NCBI GenBank assembly: GCA_002269645.1
Contig: NIVC01002851.1
Location: 71,280 to 135,279, forward strand
Source of the DNA: Macrostomum lignano
Taxonomy: Eukaryota
DNA length: 64,000 bases
Direction of reading: 5' to 3'
Numbering within the stretch: position 1 is the first letter of the stretch; each line of letters starts with the position of its first letter. Shown here one piece after another: positions 35,896-49,215 of this stretch. Position numbers and translations under genes: made by a program. The notes under the pieces are model-generated. The model was not told the DNA's origin, made no database searches, and saw nothing but the letters and a program-made list of their open reading frames with translations.

Positions 35896-36484
35896 CCAGA
35901 CTATTTAACCTTGAAGACCGCGTCTCTTTGTCACCTTGGGAGTCGGAAGCCGAGTTCCCTGGCTGCTCCTGCAGCCTATTTGGTTGAGCTCCAGCCTGAT
36001 TCGATCGTTAACATCAAGCAGAGAATTCTAGCTCTATTCTACAGTATTAATCCCTAATCAGTGATTCTATTATCGAGGCATTATTCTATCCATCAAAAAA
36101 GAGATGCAAATGTACTATAAAACTTAATTAATATGCATCTTCAAGGACAACAAGGACTTATATAAAAAAATATAGCAGTATTATTTTTTCTGAAAACTTA
36201 CTCGCCAATTTGTGTTAGGAGAGTTCTAGTGTACATATTAACTTTGTATAGGCTTACAGTAAAGAGAATTCAAAGCAAAAACGATAGTTACTGATAGCTC
36301 AAGATTTAAGCGTATTTAGTCTTTATCCAGAAATCCAGAACCTCGCTGAGAGTTGTCAAACCCTTTAAAGCAAACCCAAAGTTAATCTTTATTGACAAGA
36401 CAAAAAATTAAAAGATTTTTTAGCCACGAGCATAAAACTCTCCATCGACGGTGCTCAGAGCCTGCGGCACCAGAGCGAACTTCA

Positions 36485-36785
36485 ACAACACAACAGAGTA
36501 CGCTGCCAGTTCACAAAAGCAGCGTCAGATGGCGCGCTTCAAAGCTTGGGCGCGAACAAAAGCCGCACCGCCGGCAGAGTCCGGGGCGCCGGCGTCAGCC
36601 AGCAGACAGTCGACGTAGCGCCGAGTCTTCGCCTGTCCCCGCCGGTAGGGTGCCTGCAACGTAAGTAGCAGCACCTCCTGCACCGGCTCCGGACAGTAGG
36701 CCTCGGCGCGGATGACGTGGCCTGCCAGCTGGAGTCGCCGACGGCGCAGCAGATCGCTAGGACGGGCCAGGCCGGCGCGATGATA
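36485..36785 (-). mobile_element. 5'-truncated non-LTR retrotransposon (RTE-like) 3' end with 8-bp TSD
   Basis: GAACTTCA at 36477-36484 and 36786-36793. Encodes RRRRLQLAGHVIR, the post-RT motif of RTE-type elements. TGTTGTGTTGT tail. Confidence 0.8.
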
Positions 36786-37334
36786 GAACTTCAGCAGGTA
36801 ACAGAGCCGGGCCTGTCGGTTGAAAAGCACCGCCAGGCAGCTGCTAGCGGCGGTGTTGCACCTTTGAATGCAGCCGGCGACATTCGGAATGGCTTCCGTC
36901 CAGTAGGTGGCCTTCGAGTAGGAGCTGCTCACCACCAGCTGGGGCCGGCTCGGGTTCGGGCGGTACGACGAGCGGCAGCCGTTGTCTGCGGGAGATGGAC
37001 GAGCAATGAGCAAGCGCAGCTGGAGTGATTGAAATGCGTGAGATTTTGTCAGTTTTGATGCTATAAAGGCGAAAAACGCTAATTTTACTACTCAATAAAG
37101 AGTGGATGAGGAACATCTCATCTTTGCGAATGAAATCTATAATAGTAGTTATTCTAGTATCTGTGTTTTAACTTATATTTTTACTTTTAAATGAGTGATG
37201 GTTAAGTCTTTATTTGGAATGTTAGTTTGTCACAAAAAGTATAAACTACTTGAGAGATTTAAAAAAAACTTTCGCTTTTACATTTTAAAGTACACATCTA
37301 AATGAATGCAGATTAGCATTGAAATATCTGAGTG

Positions 37335-37615
37335 GGTCGCCATCATAAATCCGAAGAATCACAACTCCGAAAGCACTTCCCATCATAAACCCGAAATATC
37401 ACAAACCCGAAATATCAGAACTCCGAAAGTTCTAGTAATGTCCAACACTATTTTGGTTTTCGGAGTTATGATATTTCGGGTTTGTGATATTTCGGGTTTA
37501 TGATGTGCGTTGCTATTCTGTTTTTCGGATTTGTGGTTTTCGGGTTTGTGATTTTTCGGGTTTATGGTGGAAAGCGCTTTTCGGAGTTGTGATTTTTCAG
37601 GTTTGTGATGTCCCC
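37335..37615. mobile_element. Foldback/MITE-like element built from inverted 14-15-bp subrepeats
   Basis: 37381-37428 versus 37458-37505 is a 48-bp inverted repeat with one mismatch. Outer parts (about 37341-37380 versus 37563-37610) are also inverted. Confidence 0.7.
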
Positions 37616-37647
37616 CCCCTTGAATGTTTACAAAATGTTTCTGGACA

Positions 37648-39332
37648 CTCGATTCTAATACTAATTCTAATACACCCGATTCTAATACTAATTCTAATAC
37701 ACCCGATTCTAATACTAATTCTAATACACCCGATTCTAATACTAAATCTAATACACCCGATTCTAATACTAATTCTAATACACCCGATTCTAATACTAAT
37801 TCTAATACACCCGATTCTAATACTAATTCTAATACACCCGATTCTAACACTAATTCTAATACACCCGATTCTAATACTAATTCTAATACACCCGATTCTA
37901 ATACTAATTCTAATACACCCGATTCTAATACTAATTTTAATACACCCGATTCTAATACTAATTCTAATACACCCGATTCTAATACTAATTCTAATACACC
38001 CGATTCTAATACTAAATCTAATACACCCGATTCTAATACTAATTCTAATACACCCGATTCTAATACTAATTCTAATACACCCGATTCTAATACTAATTCT
38101 AATACACCCGATTCTAACACTAATTCTAATACACCCGATTCTAATACTAATTCTAATACACCCGATTCTAATACTAATTCTAATACACCCGATTCTAATA
38201 CTAATTCTAATACACCCGATTCTAATACTAATTCTAATACACCCGATTCTAATACTAATTCTAATACACCCGATTCTAATACTAATTCTAATACACCCGA
38301 TTTTAATACTAAATCTAATACACCCGATTCTAATACTAATTCTAATACACCCGATTCTAATACTAATTCTAATACACCCGATTCTAATACTAATTCTAAT
38401 ACACCCGATTCTAATACTAATTCTAATACACCCGATTCTAATACTAATTCTAATACACCCGATTCTAATACTAATTCTAATACACCCGATTCTAATACTA
38501 ATTCTAATACACCCGATTCTAATACTAAATCTAATACACCCGATTATAATACTAATTCTAATACACCCGATTCTAATACTAATTCTAATACACCCGATTC
38601 TAATACTAATTCTAATACACCCGATTCTAATACTAATTCTAATACACCCGATTCTAATACTAATTCTAATACACCCGATTCTAATACTAATTCTAATACA
38701 CCCGATTCTAATACTAATTCTAATACACCCGATTCTAATACTAATTCTAATACACCCGATTCTAATACTAATTCTAATACACCCGATTCTAACACTAATT
38801 CTAATACACCCGATTCTAATACTAATTCTAATACACCCGATTCTAATACTAATTCTAATACACCCGATTCTAATACTAATTCTAATACACCCGATTCTAA
38901 TACTAATTCTAATACACCCGATTCTAATACTAATTCTAATACACCCGATTCTAATACTAATTCTAATACACCCGATTCTAATACTAATTCTAATACACCC
39001 GATTCTAATACTAATTCTAATACACCCGATTCTAATACTAATTCTAATACACCCGATTCTAATACTAATTCTAATACACCCGATTCTAACACTAATTCTA
39101 ATACACCCGATTCTAATACTAATTCTAATACACCCGATTCTAATACTAATTCTAATACACCCGATTCTAATACTAATTCTAATACACCCGATTCTAATAC
39201 TAATTCTAATACACCCGATTCTAATACTAATTCTAATACACCCGATTCTAATACTAATTCTAATACACCCGATTCTAATACTAATTCTAATACACCCGAT
39301 TCTAATACTAATTTTAATACACCCGATTCTAA
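37648..39332. repeat. 27-bp minisatellite, about 62 copies, in intron 2 of copy C
   Basis: TTCTAATACTAATTCTAATACACCCGA units. Confidence 0.98.
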
Positions 39333-40493
39333 TGAGTTCAGGTCCTGGATTTTCAAAGCATTGAATGAATTCCAAAAGAAACTATAATGAGGTAATTTCT
39401 TAGAAAACAGCCAAATCTCACCAGAACCGTAGCGCATAGCGAAGACCGAGTTACGCCACGGTCCACCGCAGTTAATTGAAGCATTGCCTCCGCACGGTGT
39501 GTTGCAGTCTGAGTCCTCAGCCTGGCCATGGGATCCGTAGGACCGGCCGCAGAAGCAGTAACTATTCAACTGCAGACCGAAGTATGGGAAACCGCCGAGA
39601 GAGCACACCTTGGCGCAGTAGTCTGGAGTCATTGCGGTGCCCTGTACCGCCACGTGGCTCGTTATCTGAAGTTTATTTTGGTTGGTTAATTAGTTAGTTA
39701 GTTTTTTAGTTAAATAGTTAGTTAGAGCATTCAGTCAGTTCACACTATACTCACCTCAACGTCGGCCATCTTGGTGATGTTGGTCAGGCCGTTAAGATCG
39801 CGGTCAGCTGAGTCAACAAAGCAACCCAGGTAAGAATACTCATATGTCTTGTCTCCAAGGGCAACAGACGCCGCAAACGCGAGCGCTGCTCCCAGTCTCA
39901 GGACCAGCATCATCAACTGTTTTCCTCAGCTAAAAAAGATGACTGCAGCTATCTGACAATGGCATTTTCTGAGCCGCTTTTATGCAGAATCTGCACGTAC
40001 AGGCGAGTGCATGGAAGAGAGGCATGTTAGCTCAGTTCCTGCCCACGCTCGAGCGTGTGTCCGTAGTGTATAGTCATGAACATAGCAAGAATAGGATTAA
40101 AATGAATGATAAAAATTCATATCCGGACCAACACGATGCGGGTAGCTTTTCAATACTGGCCTTGCCTGGGTGAGAGGCTCACTGATGCTTGGGGCTGTGT
40201 GGGAGGAGTGGCGCACACTTTTGAGCTTTTGGAAATTGGCTTGAAATTTCTAGTAACTATATAGGGATGAGGAACTGCCAGCGGTATGGGTTTTCACTAA
40301 GATTCCATTATAATGACTAGATAAGGGCTTAGAAACCAGGGAGCACTAAAGAAGGCTCGACGATTTTTTGCATTAAATTATGCTCTGTTCCGCTAGAGTC
40401 CTAATTCATATCCTCATTCACGTCCTGAAAAAAGATTCAATTGAAACTCTACTTCGAGCTTGAAGGATTCCCATTTCCCATTCTATGGTGCGG

Positions 40494-40665
40494 TACAACA
40501 ACAACAAAAACAAAAAAGTGCGCAGCCCCGCATGCAAGTCACAGTGAGAGCAGGGCGCGTCAGATGGCGCACCGCAGAGCCTGAGAGCGGACGAAGTCCA
40601 CCCAGTTGGAAGTGTCGGGCGCCCCAGCGTCGAACAGCAGGCAATGATGGAACTATACGCGTAGG
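40494..40665 (-). mobile_element. Second, diverged LINE 3' fragment of the same family as 36485-36785
   Basis: Minus strand reads HCLLFDAGAPDTSNWVDFVRSQALRCAI* versus DCLLADAGAPDSAGGAAFVRAQALKRAI*. TTG-rich tail. Confidence 0.7.
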
Positions 40666-40737
40666 ACTGGTTCTCTTCATGTCGAGGTCTTTCTAATCTG
40701 ACTTTCTAATCGTCAAGCATGTACACTCTCTCTCTCT

Positions 40738-40986
<249 letters not shown>

Positions 40987-41256
40987 CTATGAAATAAACT
41001 CATCAATGTACAGATAAATACAAGTATATTATGAGAAACTATTGATCCCTTATACCATAATTGCTCACACTGCCGGTACTGACGAGTAGCACATAATTAA
41101 TATATTTTATCTTTCAGACTGAAAGAAGAAGGCTTTCAAAGCCATCTATTTCGAGAACAGTCACCAACTTAGACGATTTCGAGTGGCCGCCACCAAAAAC
41201 GGTTAATTTTCTGTCATAAATCGCCGCAGTGTTAAGAGATGAATTGGAAGCCCAGC

Positions 41257-44200
41257 TCAGCACTCGGGCACGCTGCAGTACTCCCATCTGGTGGGGGTAG
41301 CCGTGTAGCACCAGGGCCGGTCTCGCATGTAGTCAACGGGATTGCGACAGTTGTTACCTGTGAGTCCCGCCTCAGCGACGTACATGCTGGGCACGTGACA
41401 GCTGACACCTCTGGTGCCGCGAGTGCAGCGCTTCACAGACCAGGACTGGCAGGGCTTGCCACTGGCTGTGACGTTGGACGAACCGACGAAGTCCTCCTGC
41501 TGTCTGTAGCATTCTTTGTCTGTAAGGTTGACAGATGCACTGGTGAGGTTAGTTAATAGCGGGGAGTAGCTGCACCAGACACATTCACACGCTAAATGAG
41601 GACCAAACTCTGTGTGAGCACGCCTGCAGACAGTATCGATTTGTGTCCGAAGCAAAAATGCATACATTTAAATAAATATTTGTCGTGTCAACTGCAGGCT
41701 GATATGATGTTGCGTTTCACAAAACCATTTCTTAAAAGCTCGAAAGTTTATACATCATGTATGCTTAAAAAGATTTGCGTCTAAAATTTCGAGCCTTTTC
41801 GAGTTTCGAGCTTGTGAAGAATCGAGCCTGTGTGAAGAGTCGAGCTTGTGAAGAATCGAGCCTGTGTGAAGAGTCGAGCTTGTGAAGAATCGAGCTTGTG
41901 AAGAATCGAGCCTGTGTGAAGAGTCCAGCTTGTGAAGAATCGAGCTTGTGAATTAAAGAATCGAGCTTGTGAAGAGTCGAGCTGGTGAAGAATTGAGCTT
42001 GTGAAGACTTAAGCTTGTGAAGAATCGAGCTTGTAAAGAATCGAGCTTGTGAAAAGTCGAGCTTGTGAAGACTTGAGCTTGTGAAGAGTCGAGCTTGTGA
42101 AGAATCGAGCTTGTGAAAGTGACACGATGCCTACAATAGTTCGAGACAAACTTGTACAAACAATTGCTCCGTCAATAACTCACTAGCAGGCTCTCCGAAC
42201 ACCTGCACCTCAGCCAGAGTCAGGTAGGTTCTCTTGCGGCTCTCGATTCGCACAACGCTGCCAATCATGTTGCAGTCCAGAGTCCACACGGAGAACGGGC
42301 CGCCCTTGTACTCGGCGCAGATGGCGTTGTCAACTTTGATAACAAAATTGTCCAGCCTGTTCGGACAGCAGTCCTGCCGATTGAAGATTCGAACTTGGGC
42401 AATGTAAGACGGCTTGTCTGTCTGAGCCTGCCACCAAGGACGCTGGTCCAGTTGAGTAGTGCTCATGCCACTGATGGTCCAGCTCTGCTTTAAGTTTCCG
42501 TCAATTGCACCAGTGCAGAATGATTTGCCACGATAGTTGGAGCTCTGCTGGCACTTGGACAGGCGCAACTGGGCTGCAGTTTGGTTGGTTTACATTCACA
42601 ATTTAGCATTGACTCAGCAACAGACTATTGATGTATGAAGGAAGCGCGAGCATTCAAAAGTGTAGTTAACTGTCGTGGCATTGTTGTTACCAACCGGTTG
42701 ATGAAGTCTTAGGGCAGGTGAATCACCAATCGCTTTGCTTAACTTCTGTACCCTGTGACAGTTGGAGTACAGGCAGAGGCAAAGCTAGGGGGCAAGGGGG
42801 CCGCGCTCCTGACTGGTTAAACATATGGGACCCCTTGCAGTAGCTTTGGTGCCCTTTGGTGCTGGCGCCCCTGGTGCTGACGTCCCTGGTGCTGACGACC
42901 CTGGTGCTGGCGCCCCTGGTGCTGGCGCCCCTGGTGCTGGCGCCCCTGGTGCTGGCGCCCCTGGTGCTGACGTCCCTGGTGCTAAAGCCCCTGGTGCTAA
43001 AGCCCCTGGTGCTGGCGCCCCTGGTGCTAAAGCCCCTGGTGCTAAAGCCCCTGGTGCTAAAGCCCCTTCTGAGAAATGAAAAGTTCTGAGTAGGCCCCCG
43101 AGTTAGGGGCCTAGAGGTTGGCGTTGCTGTTCCTGAGGTCATTATCATATATTCTTCAAAAAAATCTTCAGAAGACTCTAGCTACACAGGAATAAATTCG
43201 CATAACTTGTGATCTAGAAAAACCGACCTGCTGAAATTATGGAAGCTAGGCGGGTTGTGCAGCTCACCCACTTTAGGGGTCGCAACAAATAAGCTCAGAG
43301 CGTACTAACCCTGATCGACTACGCTTAACTTGCCTAACTAGCTATAGTTTTTATTTAGATAGAATGTAGCATAAGACACGCAACTTACAAGACATCGACG
43401 TGGGTCCATACTCGAATCCAAACACCTGCACCTCGGCCAGAGTCAGATAGGTTCGCTTCAAACTCTCAATACGCAGCACCCTGCCGTCCATGTCGCAGTT
43501 GAAAGATTTCACGCTGAACGAACTTTTGCTGTGGTACCGAGCGCATACCTGACCGTCGACCTTGATAACGAAGTTTGTCAGCCTGTCCGGGCAGCAGTAC
43601 AGCCTGTTGAAGATGCGCACCCTTGAGAATCGAGTCACCTGTTCTGTCTGAGCCTCCCACCATGGGCGACGGTCATTGTTAGTGGTGCTGTGACCGTGGA
43701 TAGTCCATCTCTGGTTGGTGTTTCCATCGATAGCCCCGGTGCAGCGGGACTTTCCGCGATAGTCGGAGCTCTGCCGGCAGTTGCGCAGCTTCAGTCGGAC
43801 TGGGTGCACTGATTAACAGGAATAAAACACAGAATTTTGGTTTTGGACGATGTAGGGCGTAGGCCGTGCGCTGCACTCTCTGCCCCACATTATTATTCAT
43901 GACTCATTCTCTCGCCTAAACTTGTTTACCAATTCTCGACCAATCGCGCATCGCTGCACCCCCCCCCCCACAATATTGACTAATAAATATATTGAGTAAA
44001 CAGAGCCATACAGAGGCCACCTTTTCGGCACGCAAACCCAGACTTCACATTGATCCTGCTTGCGACGCAAATGGGCAATGGTTCAAAAAAGGACAATTCA
44101 TTTCGCTTACACGCCGCTTCCTCCTGCGGCAGCAGCTTCCCGAACACCTGCACCTCAGCCAGTGTCAGGTAAGTTCTCTTGCGGCTCTCAATTCGCACAG

Positions 44201-46681
44201 TCCTGCCCGACTTGTTGCAGTCGAACGTCCACACGGAGAACGGGCCGCTGTTGTACCTAGCGCAGACCTCGTCGTCGACTTTGATGACGAAGTCTCCCAG
44301 CCTCTCGGGACAGCAGTCCTGCCGGTTGAAGATCCTGACGCGGTTGATCCTGGCGGGTGCCTCGGTTCGAGCCTCCCACCAGGGGTTGGCATCGTTTCGA
44401 GTGATGGCCATTGGAGCTCTGGCTGACAGCCGCTGCCTCGTGACTCCATCGATAGCTTTTGAGCACGTTTGACGCGAATTGTAGTTGGAGCTCTGCGAGC
44501 AGTCGGACAGCTTTAGCAGGCCTGAAATTGATTCGATGAGTTTGACAAGGCAACATTTCGAATTTTTCAAACTTATTGCTCGTAGCAACTAGTAGTCCAG
44601 CATACCTTGCGCATTAGTCTGTGGCAGCATAATTCCAAACACCTGCACCTCAGCCAAAGTCAGGTAAGTTCGCTTCATACTCTCAATGCGAATAACCCGG
44701 CCTTTTCGGTTGCACTTGAATGTTTTCGATTTAAACGATTTCGAACTGCGGTACCGAGCGCACACGCGACCGTCCACCTTGATCATGAAGTTGTTGAGCC
44801 TCTCCGGGCAGCAGTCCCGCCTGTTAAAGATGCGCACCTTCTTAATCTGAGTCGCCTCATCTAATTGAGTCTCCCACCACGGCTTAGCATCGTTGTTAGT
44901 CGTGCTCTGCGTCGCCGCCGACCAAACTCGCTTGTTGATTCCGTCGATGGCTCCTGTACACCGCGAGATGCCGTTGTAATCGGAGCTCTGACGACAGTTT
45001 CTCAGTCGCAACTTTACTGGTCGAGCTGAAATTAGTTGAGTTCAATATTGGCATAAGATTAGTCAAAATGAAGAATCTTAATCGACTCCCACAACCTTCC
45101 TGAGCACAATACAAGCGCGCCAATACTGTACACAGGCGCGCATTTGTGTACAGCGGCTCTTTACACCCTTTGTGCCTTGGGGCTTGGCCTATTGGGCAAA
45201 TGATTATTGCACACAAGCTCGAGGTTAATGTGGCCACGCAAGGAATCGAACCAGGGATCTCGATGGCGCGAGACTCAGACGCTGATCTGCTCTTGTATAA
45301 AAGGCCCCAATAAATAGATATACTAAGTTTTTTATCATAAAAATCTACATACGGCCAGTTTTCAAGGCCTCTCCAAACACCTGCACCTCGGCCAGTGTCA
45401 GGTAGGTTGCTTTTCGGCTCTCGATTCGCACAACGCTGCCAACTTTGTTGCAGTTGAACGTCCACACGGAGAAGGCAGCGAAGCTGTTGTACTGGGCGCA
45501 GACTTTGCCATCAACTTTGATGAAGAACTTGTTGAGCCTATTCGGGCAGCAGTCGAGTCTGTTGAAGATTCGAACCTGCATGATCTTCGATGGCACCTTG
45601 GTGCGAGCTTGCCACCAGGGTCTCGGGTCGCGGTTGGTAGTGCTCATGCCAGTAAAAGTCCAATGCTGTTTGGTGTTGCCATCGATGGCCCCGGTGCATT
45701 TGGATCGGCCCAAATAGTTGGAGCTCTGAGCGCAGTCAGACAGGGGAATCGGCGCTGAAAAATGGTTAAAAAATGAACCAGTTCGTGACGGATTCCAAAG
45801 TTTTACTGGTGAATTAAATAAATTACTGGTGAACACTTAATCTATTGACAGATTAGATAGCAATTGCGCGGTGCATCTGAAGGCTGCGTACGGCTGTTCA
45901 CGGTACGGCTGACTAGGAAGTCGCCACACACACCCTCAATTACCCCAGCTAATGCTGGCACCCATTTCACAGCAATGCAGAGTTAAGTGTCTTGCTCAAG
46001 GACAAAAATTGTTCCAAGAGGGTCGAGAATCGAACCCGATGAACTTTCATTGTATATACCAGCGTCATTCTATTTGTGTGACTCCCTCTTACGTGCTGCA
46101 GTGGCTGGTCCCATGGCCACTCCGTACACCTGGACTTCCGCCAGCGTCAGAAACGTGCGAATCCTGCTCTCAATTCGTAGAATTCGACCCTTCCGATTGC
46201 AGCTGAACGCTTTCACAGAGAACGACGTTTTTCTCTTGTACCGAGCGCAGACATGGCCATCGACCTTGATAACAAAGTTTGTCAGCCTGTCCGGACAGCA
46301 GTACAGCCTGTTGAAGATGCGCACCTTAGTGAAATAAGTCAGCTGCTCAACTTGAGTCTCCCACCACGGTCGAGCATCCTGGTTTGTGGTGCTGTGACCG
46401 TGGATAGTCCATCTCTGGTTGGTGTTTCCATCGATAGCGCCGGTGCACCTCGAGATGCCGTTGTAGTCAGAGCTCTGCCGGCAGTTGCGCAGGTGCAGCC
46501 GTACCGCTTTTTCTAAAAACCAAGATATATATGTTTTATTATTCGATTAGTTTAGATAAATATGACTGATATTGGCTGCTAATGGTAATTATAACAACTT
46601 ACTAGTGCTGGTAGCTCCTGCTAGAGCCACAACCAGAAACAGAACACCGCATAGGCCAATGTAGCGCCCAGATCGTCTCAT
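41257..46681 (-). CDS. Secreted protein with six F-type lectin (fucolectin/FTP) domains and a C-terminal kringle, about 934 aa
   Basis: Exons 46681-46603 (signal peptide), 46512-46093, 45754-45353, 45025-44606, 44521-44111, 43808-43389, 42573-42184, 41519-41257; all joins are phase 1. Each lectin exon has QSS.Y, AIDG, PWW, NR.(D/Y)CCP.RL and LTLAEVQV(F/Y)G. The kringle has NCRNP, RPWCYT and RWEYCSVPEC. Confidence 0.9.
41805..42117. repeat. 16-bp minisatellite (CTTGTGAAGAATCGAG)
   Basis: Intronic; reverse complement of the array at 49216-49717. Confidence 0.92.
42850..43067. repeat. 15-bp minisatellite (CCCTGGTGCTGGCGC) in a lectin-gene intron
   Basis: Direct reading. Confidence 0.9.
45915..46045 (-). 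mobile_element. Partial tRNA-derived SINE, same family as 57800-58038
   Basis: Shares CTCAATTACCCCAGCTAA..CTGGCACCCATTT..CAGC, GAGTTAAGTGTC.TTGCTCAAGGACA and GAGAATCGAACCC. Confidence 0.7.
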
Positions 46682-48109
46682 TTCTCACCTTTTCTGTTTC
46701 GTTAAAAAGCTCAAACAGCCCCTATTCTCTTCTCAAATTTGAAGCCTTTCGATTTTGAAACGGATTATATAAAGAAACGCTACACGAAGAAAGAAAAAGC
46801 GCAGATCTGCTTACTGGCTGACAGTCAGCAAAAATTTCTGCAGACATTACCGACGCTAAACACTTGCGCCGGAATCGCTTCGTGTCAGGAGCATCTGCAC
46901 AGCGAACTGTGCTCCCCTCCCCAGCAACCTATGCTTTGCAATTCTCTGCAATTGTATTGAAATTGTTTGCCAATCTATACTCTTCAGAAGCGGCTAATAT
47001 TCGCTCTCGTCTTTGCATTGACTTTGAAAGTTTCTCGCCTCTTTAGCAGCTCAAGAGTCTTCTTGAATCTGCGTTCCTTATGGACAAGTTCCAGGCCATG
47101 CATTGAAGCGATATCAAAGGAAGTTCAGTCAGACGAAAGAAGTTGTGTGTGTTTTCGGGGGGGGGGTAAAAGCTGTCTTCTTAATGCAATAACTTTTCCA
47201 CAGAATAAAAGCAAAAAAGTAACTCGCAGAACTTTCATTTTTTGCTTTTCTAAAGACTTGTTTTTCTTCCAAAACTTTTACAGGGTTATAAAAATAGCCT
47301 CCACTGATCATATTTCTGTGTTAAAGAGCCAGTATCAACCTTTTTGGCAATATGCTATTGGTCAAATGTTACGAATCAATGTATTGTGTTATCTCGTTGA
47401 TCATGAGTTCTCTCTCTTCTCTTTCTCCGCTCGCTAACTGCAGAGAGCGTCTATGGCCAAAAGGCTGTCGATCCACTGCCGAGACTGTCTATAGTAAATC
47501 CTCACTTGATGCTATGCTAACTGCAACACGAATAAAGGTGTACTCGTACAACTAGTCTATAAATAGAACAAAAATTAACTTTACGTCTTTTGCTTCATAA
47601 GATTATAAATAACCGTATATTGTGTTTCAACTGTTTGAGGCGCTACAGAGTTAAGGCAAGACAGTTCTGGAACTTTTGAAAAACCACTAATAAATCCAAA
47701 TTCAATTACAATACAGGTGATTTAATGCAGCAGTAGGTCTTGTTTAATCCAAGAATGCAACAAGAACGCATATTGCACCACCGATCCACAGCTATAAACA
47801 TCTGCGTTATCCTTAGTTATTATAAATAAAAGCTTGCGAAATTTTGAAATTAGACACACTAGCATATTCTGTAGTTTGCTTAAGTTCGGCTAAGGCCAAC
47901 GCTAACGCTATAATTATAGTCTTCAGCAAATAATATAAACAGTGTGAACAGATAAGAGGCCGCCAGCCAAGTATGATAAAAAACAATACTTGTGAATCTG
48001 TTTTCGATAAATACTGAAAATACGTTTTATTGCTTTGATTTAGCGAGACACCGATATGTTGATTTCTCAGTTGCAGGAATTAACATTGAAATTTTAGAAT
48101 GACCACGTA

Positions 48110-48592
48110 ACAGACACTAGAATGAACTCACGGCAGACACTAAAGTGACCCCACAACAGACACTAGAGTGACCCCACAACAGACACTAGAGAGAGACCCC
48201 ACAACAGACACTAGAGTGACCCCACATTAGACACTAGAGAGTGACCCAACATCAGACACTAGAGAGTGACCCCACATCAGACACTAGAGAGTGACCCCAC
48301 ATCAGACACTAGAGTGACCCCACAGCAGACACTAGAGAGTGACCCCACATTAGACACTAGAGAGTGACCCAACATCAGACACTAGAGAGTGACCCCACAG
48401 CAGACACTAGAGAGTGACCCCACAGCAGACACTAGAGAGTGACCCCACAACATACACTAGAGTGACCCCACATTAGACACTAGAGAGTGACCCCACATTA
48501 GACACTAGAGAGTGACCCCACAACAGACACTAGAGAGCGACCCCACATCAGACACTATAGAGTGACCCCACAACAGACATCAGAGTGACCCC
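48110..48592. repeat. 23-25-bp minisatellite (GTGACCCCACA.CAGACACTAGA)
   Basis: Direct reading. Confidence 0.92.
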
Positions 48593-48670
48593 TGGGCATT
48601 AGTAAGTCTGATTTTGACTGTAACCTGCGAAGACAAAAGCAGAAGCCAAGTACCTACTCAGCTGGAGCAG

Positions 48671-49111
48671 TCAGCACTTCTGTGCGCAGTCATCCAGCTG
48701 ACCTGTCAGCCTGTCAAAAGCTTCGCCCAGCTGGGCAGCCTGACGCTTTGTTGCGGCGAGTTCTCCAGCAGCGACAGCAAGCTCGGTGCCGCGGCGAGCC
48801 AGACTGTCCGACATCTCCCGCCGATCGTGAGCCAGTTTAGCCACCCCAGCTTCAATGGAGTCCAGGCATCGTTGAAGTCGTTGGACGCCCATCAGAGCAG
48901 CTCGAATCTGCTGGCCATTGTGACAGTTGGCCAGCTGCCAATTCGCCAGCTGACGGTGGCCGCCAGATGAGGAATGATCGGTAAAGCCCGGCTCCGAGCG
49001 CATCCGGCGCAGTGGTGGATGCTGCGGTTGCTGCTGATGCTGCTGATGCTGCAGGTCGCCTGGTGCAGCTCGGCGACAGGCAGTGCGGAACGATGCTCGA
49101 TAGGGGTCCAT
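48671..49111 (-). CDS. Probable exon or ORF of an uncharacterised coiled-coil protein (146 aa)
   Basis: GC3-rich coding-like composition; heptad-like LQRCLDSIEAGVAKLAHDRREMSDSLARR; candidate acceptor CCCTCAG just before the ATG. Confidence 0.45.
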   Translation of the reverse strand: MDPYRASFRTACRRAAPGDLQHQQHQQQPQHPPLRRMRSEPGFTDHSSSGGHRQLANWQLANCHNGQQIRAALMGVQRLQRCLDSIEAGVAKLAHDRREMSDSLARRGTELAVAAGELAATKRQAAQLGEAFDRLTGQLDDCAQKC

Positions 49112-49215
49112 GCTGAGGGCTGCATGGCGAAATCATGAGAAGGTCGAAGGTGTGAAACAATTCAATCTTTCTGTGCTGTCGAGTATCAGTTAAACTATTT
49201 TATCTGGGCTTTTCG

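Larger units (their letters stand above)
36420..39913 (-). pseudogene. Signal peptide-WSC-PAN gene, copy C; PAN exon interrupted by a LINE insertion (possibly translated as a chimera)
   Basis: Exons 39913-39755, 39665-39422, 36985-36420, with a 301-bp insertion at 36485-36785. Confidence 0.8.

Noticed and set aside
37484-39653. 590-630-aa ORFs, including the WSC exon read-through into LESGVLELV repeats
   Set aside because: 27-bp intronic minisatellite; the WSC exon has a conserved GTGAG donor at 39421.
42825-43089. GAGAP elastin/silk-like ORF on the plus strand
   Set aside because: 15-bp repeat inside an intron of the opposite-strand gene; no signal peptide or splice context.
45140-45290. 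Second possible tRNA-derived SINE (GGTTCGATTCC B box on the minus strand)
   Set aside because: Only the B box is clear; no A box or second copy in the window.
46739-47437. Coding-like plus-strand ORF fragments
   Set aside because: Interrupted by stops; no recognisable homology.
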